Part shown: piece by piece, positions 1-10,388 of the stretch
Numbering within the stretch: position 1 is the stretch's first letter
Layout: each line of letters starts with the position of its first letter
From: Amoebophrya sp. A120
Lineage: Eukaryota; Protista; Dinoflagellata
Reading direction: 5' to 3'
Assembly: GCA_905178155.1 (NCBI GenBank)
Contig: CAJINV010000001.1
Coordinates: 8,401,599 to 8,465,598 of the forward strand
DNA: 64,000 bases
The notes under the pieces: model-generated
The model's input: only the letters and a program-made list of their open reading frames with translations
The model's database searches: none
Told to the model about the DNA's origin: nothing
Made by a program: the position numbers and the translations under genes

Positions 1-85
1 AAAAGCTTACAGTTAAAAACCCTGCTGCAAGACAAGCGAGGCAAAATGCGACTGCCTGCCAGGCTCATAATAATTTCATGCATAT

Positions 86-1861
86 TCATGCGTGTTTCTG
101 TTTTCCATAAATAATCTTTAGAATTTTTCTTTGCCATGTAGAGCAAGTTTCCGTTGCTGAAGTTCCAACAGATGTGCAAGTAACTGTAACACATTTTTTC
201 ATCCTGGATACGATGTCATCGAACGAGAGTATCAAAGGCCGGATGAGATCGTAAAGCAGAGTCCCGAAGTGCTTGATCAGACCGTCAAGCGAGTCCTGCG
301 GGTGTCGCGCGTCGAAGTAGGCCAGGAAAGTTTGTTTCTCTAAAATACAGAGTTTCAACACGTAGGTGGAGATCTGTCGGATGCAGGCGCTGGGGTCTTC
401 TTGGAAGTTCACCATCACGTTTTGCATGTGCTGCTGCAAGGGACCGGACACCAAGCGAATGCGCATCTGCACGAAAAAGTTTTCCAGCTCGTCCAGCGCC
501 TGGCCGTAGATGTCCGCGCCGTCGCGTCTGCGGTAGAGCTGCTGCGCCAGCGGCTTCATGTGGGTCGCCGCAGCGCGGAACCGCACGTAGAAAACTGACG
601 TCTCGTACCTGTAGTTGTTATTTGAGAGAACGACTCGAATTCCGATTGGAACAAGTCTTGTACTAGCGGCCAGGGGCCCAGGGGCCAGGGGAGAAGTTTT
701 CTCGATTTTATTCATCAATCACAATGAACAAATTCTTTCTCCTCTTCTTCCCGATACCCGCTTTTCCCGCCCGCCGCGGACTCGACTTGTTCCAAAACCT
801 GCTCTAGTGTCCGCTCCAAGTTCCTACAGACCTGCGTCTTGAGCATCTGGCACGCACGGCGGCGCATTTGGTCGTAGTCGCGCAGATACTGCTTCGAGTC
901 GTAGTACTCCGGATGCCTTTCCAGAAACGCTATGCCGTCGTCCAACGCATCCAAACACCGCTCGAATTCGTCCGTCGGAGCCGAGTGGGGGCCGCGGTCG
1001 AGGATCCGCTGCAGGTCCACCACACGGTCGAACTTCTCCAGCCTCTCGCTGATCGACTTCGTGTACTCTTCCAGGACGTGTTGTTCTTTCAACAAGTGTT
1101 CGCACTGGTGGTGTAGCACGTCGTATCCAGTGTAGAAACGGACCCACCCCAATTCTGCATGCCCAGTATAATGTGTGTCATGCGGCACTCCATGAAGATG
1201 AGAGGCAGTTTCTAGTGATGCTTGGAACAAATCTGTCGTGCGCTAAACAGGTCAAGACAGTGGATTTGTATTTATGCGTTTGAATTAGCTAGACACGACT
1301 ACACTGCATAACCAAGTTTGTCATACGTGAGCCGGACAAGTTCTTCACGATTTGTCTTGCAAAACTTCCATCTTGACTCTGGGATGGGGACGTTTTTACA
1401 CAGGATACGTCGCATTTGTGCGAGACTTCGCGCCGAAAATGCTCCACCTGCTCCAATTTTTCAAAAGCGAGCGCAAGGGAATCGCAGACCTGAGAGGCGA
1501 ATAAGGAGGATGAGTATGTTAGAGAACTTTAGAACATTGGTCTGCTTCTTGTGGAACTGCGCCCTACGTGCAGCTGAGGAGGTCTCACAGCATTTACAAC
1601 AAGAACAGCATGCCAGGCAAAAATCATCGAATGAAGCCGCACCTCGTGACAAAGTTGCTGGTGGTGGAAAATCCAGCCCCAGTTCGTCAGATAGGCCAGC
1701 GACTCCGTTTCCTCTTCGTATTGCCGCTCCATTTTCTGGAAGAACCGGTAAAAGTCCTCCTCCTTTACCGGTTTGGAACTTGAGGAAGAGGACGACGCCG
1801 TCGCCACCATGGCTGAAACATCCTCCAGCAGTGCCTGCTGCCTCTGCGTCAGGTTCGCCAT
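86..1861 (-). CDS. COG3: Conserved oligomeric Golgi complex subunit 3 (Sec34), multi-exon, 3' end unresolved or off-window
   Basis: Spliced translation gives EVSHKCDVLHHQCEHLLKEQ, LDALDDGIAFLERHPEYYDSKQYL, FYVRFR and GTLLYDLIRPLI, matching COG3/Sec34 motifs. GT-AG introns at 1490-1642 and about 609-757, plus an introner at 1124-1407. Confidence 0.85.
1124..1407. mobile_element. Introner (family B TIR), non-canonical intron in COG3
   Basis: Starts TATCCAGTGTAGAAACG and ends CGTTTTTACACAGGATA. Perfect TSD CGTCG at 1119-1123 and 1408-1412. Removal of element +5 bp gives HKCDVLHH in frame. Same family as 5401-5680, opposite orientation. Confidence 0.9.
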
Positions 1862-2648
1862 ATTGTCCTTTGCTCGTCGCGCGCAGAAGTTTTCTGCGCT
1901 GCAGCAAGGAGTGCTGATGGAGAAAAATCAATAACGTATCATTTTGCAGGGCATACAGTCTTCAGTAGACGTAGCCTGATGTAGTTGGGAGGTAGAACAT
2001 TTACCGGCTCTTGGACTAGATCTAAAGCGGAGAAAGAACTGCAGAGCGTTGTAAGAATAAGAACTTGAATTAATAGCTGTTGTAGTTGTCGCTGTAGCAG
2101 GAAAATTAAAACGACTCGTGTATACATACCACGTCGGGCACTTCTGACCTATTTCCGGTTTTGCGTTTTCTTTGCCAGATAATTTTCCACTAGAAATGAT
2201 TCACGACAGATTCAAGATCTCCATCTTCTTCTTCGCAAGCCGAGACACAACAGATACTAGCGAAATTAATGGAACGACCACGAGAAAAAGGACTTACAAC
2301 CACGATTTTTCGCAATGAAAGCCTAGTCTTCCTAATCAAAAACCAAACCGACCTTTCCAAAACGAAAAGCTGACCGACGTCACCAGAGGCACGAAGCGTG
2401 AACAAGAAACAGCAAGTGCTCGTCGTCCAAACTGCGTGTCAGCAACAGGTCGATGAACCTGACCTGACAGCGTGGCGATGGACATGTTTCGCATACTTCG
2501 TCGTGCGCGGCACGATCAAGTCGTGAAAACGGGTGAGATTTCTTGGAATTGTTCACAAAACTCTTCAGGAGCGTGCCAGGGCTTCAAGCTCAATCATTCA
2601 AGCAGCGCTGCTAATAAACGTACTACAAACAGCGGCTTCCTTCTATTC

Positions 2649-5600
2649 CTAGAATTCCATGGGCGCATCTAAGCCAGTTCCGTGAAGTAGTTGCTCTTCC
2701 CGCGCGAACTGCAGGTAGTTCTCCTGATCCAAGTATTTCGAGATGTTCACGTCCTCGGCTAGGCCCTTTCTTCTGCGCGTCTTCAGCATGAATTCCCGTG
2801 CCAGGTGCGGTATGGGTGCGGGCTCCAGCGGGCGCAGGAGAATGGACCGGTCCAGAGGATCGCCGGGTACCTGGGACCAGTGGTCGAACCAGGTGACCAC
2901 CATGGCTTGCCCGTTGCAGTGCGACCGCAAATCGGTTTCGAACCCGAACGACTCGATGACCGGCAGGTAGGCCTCCACGATGTACAAGGGGGAGCCTGGT
3001 TTCGGGAAATCTCGGGCGACGTGCCCCCTCCTCCGCGACAGAACGGTGTACACGCCCTGCACTGAGTCGGCCGGACAAGTGACTTCCGCAAAAAACACCG
3101 GCTCCATCATGCGTGGCGCAGCCATCAGAAAGGCGGCGTAGCTGCACCGTCTGGCGCACGGAATTAACTGACCGCCGCCGCGCATCTGCGGGTTCTCGTG
3201 CAGTCTCGCGTCCAGAAGCTTCCACTTCACACCCCGGATCGCCTCGTCGCATAGTGGACCTGATATTACGTTTTTTATGAAGATCGCGCCCGGAGGGCGA
3301 TATTGGTAACCAAATGCGTGCGCGAAAATCTAACCAGCGCGAAAGCCAAACCAGCCGCGCCACGAAAGCGCGGCCCTGCGGGCCGCGCTTTCGCCGCGCG
3401 GCTGCCACCACCATTTCTTTTTAATATAGAATCCCACTTCTTCGCCATTTATCGCGGGCCATCGGGGGCATCCGGATTCGCATTCAAAGCTTATCGCAGG
3501 AGCCTGCGGGCCGCCGCGGGCTCCACCACTTCCCCGCGGCCCTAAAGGGCCGCGGACAACTACTGTCGCCCGCGGCGGCCCGCAGGCTCCTGCGATAAGC
3601 ATTGNNNNNNNNNNNNNNNNNNNNNNNNNNNNNNNNNNNNNNNNNNNNNNNNNNNNNNNNNNNNNNNNNNNNNNNNNNNNNNNNNNNNNNNNNNNNNNNN
3701 NNNNNNNNNNNNNNNNNNNNNNNNNNNNNNNNNNNNNNNNNNNNNNNNNNNNNNNNNNNNNNNNNNNNNNNNNNNNNNNNNNNNNNNNNNNNNNNNNNNN
3801 NNNNNNNNNNNNNNNNNNNNNNNNNNNNNNNNNNNNNNNNNNNNNNNNNNNNNNNNNNNNNNNNNNNNNNNNNNNNNNNNNNNNNNNNNNNNNNNNNNNN
3901 NNNNNNNNNNNNNNNNNNNNNNNNNNNNNNNNNNNNNNNNNNNNNNNNNNNNNNNNNNNNNNNNNNNNNNNNNNNNNNNNNNNNNNNNNNNNNNNNNNNN
4001 NNNNNNNNNNNNNNNNNNNNNNNNNNNNNNNNNNNNNNNNNNNNNNNNNNNNNNNNNNNNNNNNNNNNNNNNNNNNNNNNNNNNNNNNNNNNNNNNNNNN
4101 NNNNNNNNNNNNNNNNNNNNNNNNNNNNNNNNNNNNNNNNNNNNNNNNNNNNNNNNNNNNNNNNNNNNNNNNNNNNNNNNNNNNNNNNNNNNNNNNNNNN
4201 NNNNNNNNNNNNNNNNNNNNNNNNNNNNNNNNNNNNNNNNNNNNNNNNNNNNNNNNNNNNNNNNNNNNNNNNNNNNNNNNNNNNNNNNNNNNNNNNNNNN
4301 NNNNNNNNNNNNNNNNNNNNNNNNNNNNNNNNNNNNNNNNNNNNNNNNNNNNNNNNNNNNNNNNNNNNNNNNNNNNNNNNNNNNNNNNNNNNNNNNNNNN
4401 NNNNNNNNNNNNNNNNNNNNNNNNNNNNNNNNNNNNNNNNNNNNNNNNGACCTTCACGCCTCCCGGCGGTTGCCCTATATGGTAACGGCAACTGCCTTCG
4501 CGCTGCGTTTGCTAAGCAATATCGCAAGCGCGCAGAGCGCGCGCGCCGGCTTCGTGGGCCGGCGCGTTTGGTTACCAGATCACCAGAAGTTTTGGAAATG
4601 CAGGAGCTATTCACGCATGCAATTTCCACGTTGCACATGGTCGCGTGCTTCTAAGCACATAGAGCACACACGGCCCTCTAGTACTGTCGCATTGCTTCTA
4701 GCAACGGATAAGTGCATCTGCATCTTGACCTACTTCGTGCTCTTACCCGGCTTCGGCTATTAGTATATACAGCTGAAACTGATTACTTTACCTTCTCGAC
4801 TTGCCCACTGGAACCCCTGCACGATGCTGTCCTTGCAGGTTTGCAGCAGCTGCTTATTCACATCCAGCGTATCGTTCAAGAGCATGTTGCAGCCGCGATC
4901 CGTCGGGCCAAAGCCCCAGATGCCCATGGCCGCGAGCAAATCCCACTGGTGCTCGTTCCGGAAGTAGTCCCGCATTTCCTTGCTGCCGAGCTCCCACGTG
5001 GGCAGGATGCGCCCTCGCTCGATATCGTCGTGCTATTGTGAGGAAAAATGCCCCCTCCCCATATCGAAAGCGAAATTTGTGCTGCTGTATTTGAGTACAC
5101 AAATCGCATTTGTCTTGCTGGAGAGGACTGCAGACCCATATCAAGCCGGAGTAGAGAGGCTTTGACTTAGGCACTTAGCATGAAAAGCGTCCGTGATGTT
5201 GGCTCAACAGCATGACAAACCGCCTCCATAATGGGACGGAAGCTGCTGCCCTTGTCTTCTTGCAACACAAACGTGATTTGTGACCTCAAATCAGCAACAC
5301 AAATTTTCGAAAACCTACTTCCCCAATATGGGGAGGGGGGATTTTTCCTTGCGATACGTGCACGGGTTTCTCCAGCGGGTCGCAGGTCATGAAGAGCTTG
5401 TATCCTGAGTAAAAACGTACCCACACCAGAGTCAAGATGGGGAATCGGCTAGACAAATCCACAAGCTTTGGCTGTTTTGCATGACAAATTTGGATTCGTA
5501 GCGTAGTGCTGTTTGAGCTAGCTCAGCAGCATCACAGATCTAGCATACCATGCTGATTGGAGCATGACAAATTGCAAAACATGACTAGAAAATGCTTCTC

Positions 5601-8600
5601 ATGGAGCTCCGCATGAGAAACATTTTCAGCATGCAGATTTGCATTACAACTCTGGTGTGGGTACGTTTTTACTCAGGATAGCTTGTTCTGTTTGTTCATG
5701 CTGTCGGCCTGGCATTTCATGCTACTGGTTTCGGACACTGTTTCTTGGAAGGACACGATGGGGTCGGAAACCTTGATTTCCAGATCGCCGTAGAGTCGTC
5801 GTAAGTCGTGCAATACGCAGTCCAGGTAGAGCTCGCCCGTGCCTGTAGAAAAGTCACAATTTCAATTTCATCTCACATTACGTTGGCAATAAGGCGTGGT
5901 GTTCTGATGAACCAGAAGGAGCGAATGAATGGAAATGGATTCAAGTGCCCTACGTAAAGAAACAAATTTTTCCATATAGTCAATACAGTTCTGTTGTATC
6001 TCTACCTTGTATGACGTGTTCTCCGCTTTCCTCTACTTTCGTGTAGCAGATTGGGTAACTCTTGTCGATTTTTCTCAACCCCGCGACCATCTTTGGCAAC
6101 TCGGAAGGATTCAGTGGCTCCAGTGCGATTTTGCAGCAGGGGGTCGTGCTGTGCGCCAGGGGACGGAAGATTTCGATTTCTTCTTCGATGTCCTGACTTG
6201 TGATAGTGCTGGTCTTCACGATCGTGCCGTCGACGCCCCCAATCAGGACCCAGTTTCCGGCAGGCACGTGCGAAATCTCGACTCGATATCGGCCCTGCGA
6301 GATCCAGAGCGACTGCGCCACGCGGTTCGACCGGTCTTCATCGTCAGACAGCGAGTAGTTCTCACCCAGGACTTGCACGCGGTCGCCCTGTTTTTGATGA
6401 ATATTTATTCAGCGTTAGATCATGGTAGGCCGGATCAGGTGTACTCAGTCTGATACATAGATATCTATGTAGAGAAACGAAAATCATGTAGTTGTCCTGT
6501 CGTACAACGATACCGTATGCAGCGTTCCGCTCATCACCCTCCCCAGCACATCGAAAGTGCTCAGATCTGGGTGGTGGTAGCACTTGACTGTGTGCACCAC
6601 GAGCTCTCCCTTGGGGTCCAGTGCGAGCATGTCTGTCGCGACTTTCCCGGTCTGGTCTCCTGTGTACGTCCTGTGCACCTTCAACTCGGCCATCGTGCGC
6701 GGGTTTCGGATGTGCTTCACCACCGCATCCACCAGGGCGCTGTTCCCCTGGAAGAAGTGCTTGCCGACGGATTTCAGCATGTTCTTCGTGGACATCTTGA
6801 AGTCGCGCTTGGGCATGTAAATCCCGACGGATTCGTAGATCGGAATCAGCGTTTCCTTTTCTTCCCCCAGCGTGTGGCCGATCAGTTTGTACAGCGGCTC
6901 CAGGATAAACGCGACGAATGTTCGCACCGGGTCCTCGAAGTCCTCCGGTGGCTCGCGGGCGAACTTCCGCGTCTCCTCATTGAAGTAAATGTCGCCCCAA
7001 AGGAGCGGCGCGAATTCTTTCCGGTCGAAGCTGTTACCGTACGTGTCGGCGTAGCTGTTTTTGATTTATTCTTGGGAATCCACATTTACTTACATAGATT
7101 ATAGCAAATACACATCGAAACCTCTCCTCAAGTAGGCTTCACCTTCAAAAAGGTTCCCATAAGAAACTACGCACAAAGTCGAATAGTAAGCTAGTAGCAA
7201 ATTCAATACATGGACGCGAAGCTGCCCAGAGAAAAGACGAAGTTGAAGAGGCCCGCGGCGAAAATGACGTTGCCCTTCGTTGGGGATAAAATCTTGCGCT
7301 GCGCCGGCACGTTCAGCATGGTGTGGATGTTTTCCAGGCAGGTGTTCACCTCGTCAATGGTGTGCTTGATTTTGTGGTAGGCGTCCGCCGGCGGGAGCTT
7401 CAACTCCGTGACCAACCGGTCGATTTTGTTCACGCACAAAACCACATCCAGTCCCTCCTGCACGACGTGCTTCAGGAGCCGCTCGTCGTGCGCGCCGACC
7501 CCCATGACCACGTCCACGACGAACAGAACCCCGTCCGAAATGCGCACGCCGGCCACCACCTCGTCTTGGAAGTTCGGGTGGCCCGGGGTGTCCATCAAAT
7601 TGCACAGGTAGGTCTTGTCCGTGCCGTCGGGCAACAAGAGCGAGATCGGGCTCGCTTTGATGCTCAATCCGCGTTCTGCTTCGTCCCTTCTCGAATCCAA
7701 AAACCGCATCGATTCCTGCTGCTTCGCCTGGCTGTCCTTCAGCTTCGTAGACTTAAATTCGTGGGTCTCGCGGATGGCGCAATCCACCAGCGTGGTCTTG
7801 CCGCTCTGCAAATGCCCAACAACCGCAATGTTGCGGATCAGCTCGGGCTCCTGCATAATGCCCGCCATGTAGTCGAACTTGAACGACGTGTCCGGAATCT
7901 GATTTTCATACGAATAAATTTGCACGTGGAGAATGCCGGTGTAGCAGGAGGTGAAAAATCAGTACATTTCGAAAATCAAAGGTCAAGCAGGGTATTTAAA
8001 CATCAACAAGCAGCACTAGCACACTACTGGACTAAAACTTCTCCTGTTCCGCCCACTAGTCAGAAAACTTTCCCTTATCCATACCTGCTTCTCGATGAGG
8101 TCGAAGTCGAACACCCGTGCTGGCGGGATGATTGGCTCCGTGATCGGCATGGTATCCTCTTCCTGTACCAACACCACCGCTTCCGGGCCGTATATCTCCT
8201 CCGCCTCTGGGTAGTACTGCTTGTCTTCGTGGAGCACCACCGCTCGTTTCTCTGGTGGCAGGTCCGGGATCACCGGATTCACCGCGGCCGCGGCCGAAGC
8301 CGCCTCGTCCATGCCGGAGGCGGCGTAGCCCCCGCCCGGCATGGTGCTGCCCACATCGACATCATCGTCCAGGTCCTCGTCGTATCAAATGCAAAAATGT
8401 CTGGGTCTGGAAGAATGCAACTTGTCATGCTAGATCTGAAGCATGCAAAAATCTGTGTTGCATGATTACCAAAAGTCGTCCAGTTTTGACCAAGTCGGGA
8501 GGGAGTTTCTCATGCAGGATAGGCATGAAAGAGATCGCACAGAATCTGTCATGTTAGGCCCTGCATTCCAGACCTCATGGGTCATGGAAAACCTGCGTGA

Positions 8601-8711
8601 CAAATCTCGCAATCTTCCAGACCCAGACATTTTTGCATTTGATACGTCGCTGTCGTCCGACAAGTCGCCGCCGATGTAGTTTCCGAACTCGTCGTACGCG
8701 GATTCGTCCAT
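2649..8711 (-). CDS. EFTUD2: U5 snRNP 116 kDa GTPase (Snu114), about 9 exons
   Basis: [15 protein letters not shown]-terminus; [16 protein letters not shown]; [11 protein letters not shown]; NKIDRL; [20 protein letters not shown]; RGGGQLIP; [10 protein letters not shown]; [16 protein letters not shown]. All are diagnostic of Snu114. Confidence 0.97.
3489..3600. repeat. Perfect 33-bp inverted repeat with nested hairpins
   Basis: GCTTATCGCAGGAGCCTGCGGGCCGCCGCGGGC (3489-3521) and its reverse complement (3568-3600). The loop contains CCGCGGCCCT-AA-AGGGCCGCGG. Confidence 0.9.
3605..4448. other. Assembly gap
   Basis: Run of N. Confidence 1.
5034..5356. mobile_element. Introner (family C TIR) in EFTUD2
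   Basis: TATTGTGAGGAAAAATGCCCCCTCCCCATAT...ATATGGGGAGGGGGGATTTTTCCTTGCGATA. Perfect TSD CGTGC. Removal restores EKPVHDDIERG. Confidence 0.9.
5401..5680. mobile_element. Introner (family B TIR) in EFTUD2
   Basis: Perfect 32-bp TIR TATCCTGAGTAAAAACGTACCCACACCAGAGT. Perfect TSD GCTTG. Removal restores [15 protein letters not shown], which aligns with Snu114 NKKNKITMIAEPLEK. Confidence 0.95.
8383..8644. mobile_element. Introner (family A TIR) in EFTUD2
   Basis: Perfect 32-bp TIR TATCAAATGCAAAAATGTCTGGGTCTGGAAGA. Perfect TSD CGTCG. Contains an in-frame stop. Removal gives [12 protein letters not shown]. Confidence 0.95.
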
Positions 8712-9523
8712 GGTGTCGTGGTTTTCCTAATAGTCCGCAGACTTACTCTTCATAAACTTCAAATAGCACAAATCGTGACGAAACAGTGTTGCTTGTGAAA
8801 CCTAATAAAACGATTTCCGAGTCGTAGTTCTTCTGTGTAACGAGCATAATCTAATAGCGTGTCATTACTGGGCCTACTGTCGCGCTGTTGTCAGATCAGG
8901 CAGTCCGTGCTACTTTCTTTTTTGTACAGAAAGTGCCGCAGGAAAAAAAGATTTTATTGTACAGAAGGTGCCAAAGATCCGCACTACTTTGGATCATCGA
9001 AAAAGAGCAGAGGACAGACACAGATCGAAGTGCATTTACAAATTTTCGAGCCACAAGGATCATTGTCTGGTAGAGACGTGAAAAATTAATCGAACGTCGG
9101 CTGCACAGGGTTGCGTGCAGATTCTTTTCGAGCCTGCCAAAGTTCTAAAGAAGGAGGATGCTATCGGCCTCCTCGGAGATCTTCTTGCCTCGTACGATCT
9201 TGATTCACTGTGAATATATTTCGTCGAGATCCGACGAAAGGTGAAGAACACCCAAGCGGTGCGCAACTTTGCGTCTTTCTGCTGTCAAATTTCCAAATTT
9301 TCCATATACTTTGAGTTTGTTTATCGATCCATTCTTGATTCTTCGAGGAAAAGAAAAGAAACAACTTCACACTCGAAACGCTACTCAGTGGTAGCAACAG
9401 GTGGAGCACGTAGTTTTACGTAAGTTCATTCCGCTCCCAGTCGGATGAGAACTCAGGCAGTTCTCGCCACCTGAGAGGCTCTTCTATCCTCTCGTCATTT
9501 CTTCACGCAAAAGGAGTTCCTGG

Positions 9524-10132
9524 TTACTTCCCCTTCTTTTTAGTCGTCTGCACAACGTCCTGAGTTTTCGGCACGTCGCAGAAGTTTGAGTCTTTCGGAC
9601 TGGGTAACCCCCAGTGCTTCAAGTCTTGCTGCGTGACTCCCGCTCCTTCCTCCTCACCCGGGGCCGGGGGAAAAATCGTGTCCAGCATATCTTTGTACAG
9701 CTGCGAAGCCACATGATTCGTTTCCTCGTTGTTTTTCGGACCCGGAAACAAGAGCGCCAGCGCTTCAGCATAAGCGCAAACAGCCCCGCGCGCCAAGGTG
9801 GCGACGTACAACCCCAGCGGGGTTTCCACGAACGTGTGATAAATCTCGTGTATGTCATTAGAAATCGCTTTCCGGAACTCGCGCCACGCTTCCCAGTGTT
9901 GATCCTGCAAATGAATCTTCTTCTGCAAGGGAATAGCGACTTTTTGTTCAAACAAATTGAACATCGTATCCACTGTCTTGGCAACAACTGCGCCCCCCTG
10001 GTGCGCAGCTACTACACACACCGCGAGGGCGCTCGCTAGCGCGCCGGTCAGAAACTCCTGGAGCGGATCCGCGAAACGGGCGAGCGCGATGATCATCGCC
10101 ACGTCCCGCAGTGCGTCCTTTGACTTGCTCAC
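9524..10132 (-). CDS. 3' exon of a hypothetical helical protein, probably joined to 17436-18809
   Basis: 202-codon ORF with no ATG start, preceded by a CACAG acceptor at 10133 in phase 0. Confidence 0.6.
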   Translation of the reverse strand: MSKSKDALRDVAMIIALARFADPLQEFLTGALASALAVCVVAAHQGGAVVAKTVDTMFNLFEQKVAIPLQKKIHLQDQHWEAWREFRKAISNDIHEIYHTFVETPLGLYVATLARGAVCAYAEALALLFPGPKNNEETNHVASQLYKDMLDTIFPPAPGEEEGAGVTQQDLKHWGLPSPKDSNFCDVPKTQDVVQTTKKKGK

Positions 10133-10388
10133 CTGTGAGGTTCCAATTTATTTCAGGAACTTATTTCGTATATATTTATTGTGAGTTCCAATCTTAGGAA
10201 CGAAGGTCAAGCGCCACGCTCGCCTATCATCATCATCATCTAACTGCACTGGGGGGGGAGCGTGCAATGGGTTGGGACCTGGTTCAAGTTCAACTTTGAG
10301 AGCAAGTCACAGTCAGGGCACAGCACGACTTGCTACGACTTTCGAGTCCATCTATGATCAAGACTTTTTTCTCGTGCTCTTTTCGCGA

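Larger units (their letters stand above)
3275..4577 (-). mobile_element. GC-rich, hairpin-rich non-autonomous element (Helentron/HINE-like) in EFTUD2 intron 3260-4791, spanning the gap
   Basis: Inverted repeats TGGTAACCAAATGCG (3304) and CGCGTTTGGTTACCA (to 4577). A CGCCCGGAGGGCG hairpin lies outside the left IR. Same end architecture as 43421-44393. Confidence 0.55.

Noticed and set aside
83-210. Additional TAT...ATA introner at the COG3 3' end
   Set aside because: There is no TSD, the TIR is weak, and the element +5 removal does not give a convincing COG3 continuation.
1400-1408. U12-type donor GTATCCT at the COG3 introner (and AT-AC at 44783)
   Set aside because: The sequence comes from the TIR plus TSD, is not shared by the other families, and I saw no clear U12 branch site. 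Insufficient to call U12 introns.
3330-4654. 350-384 aa ORFs
   Set aside because: They are artefacts of reading through the N gap.
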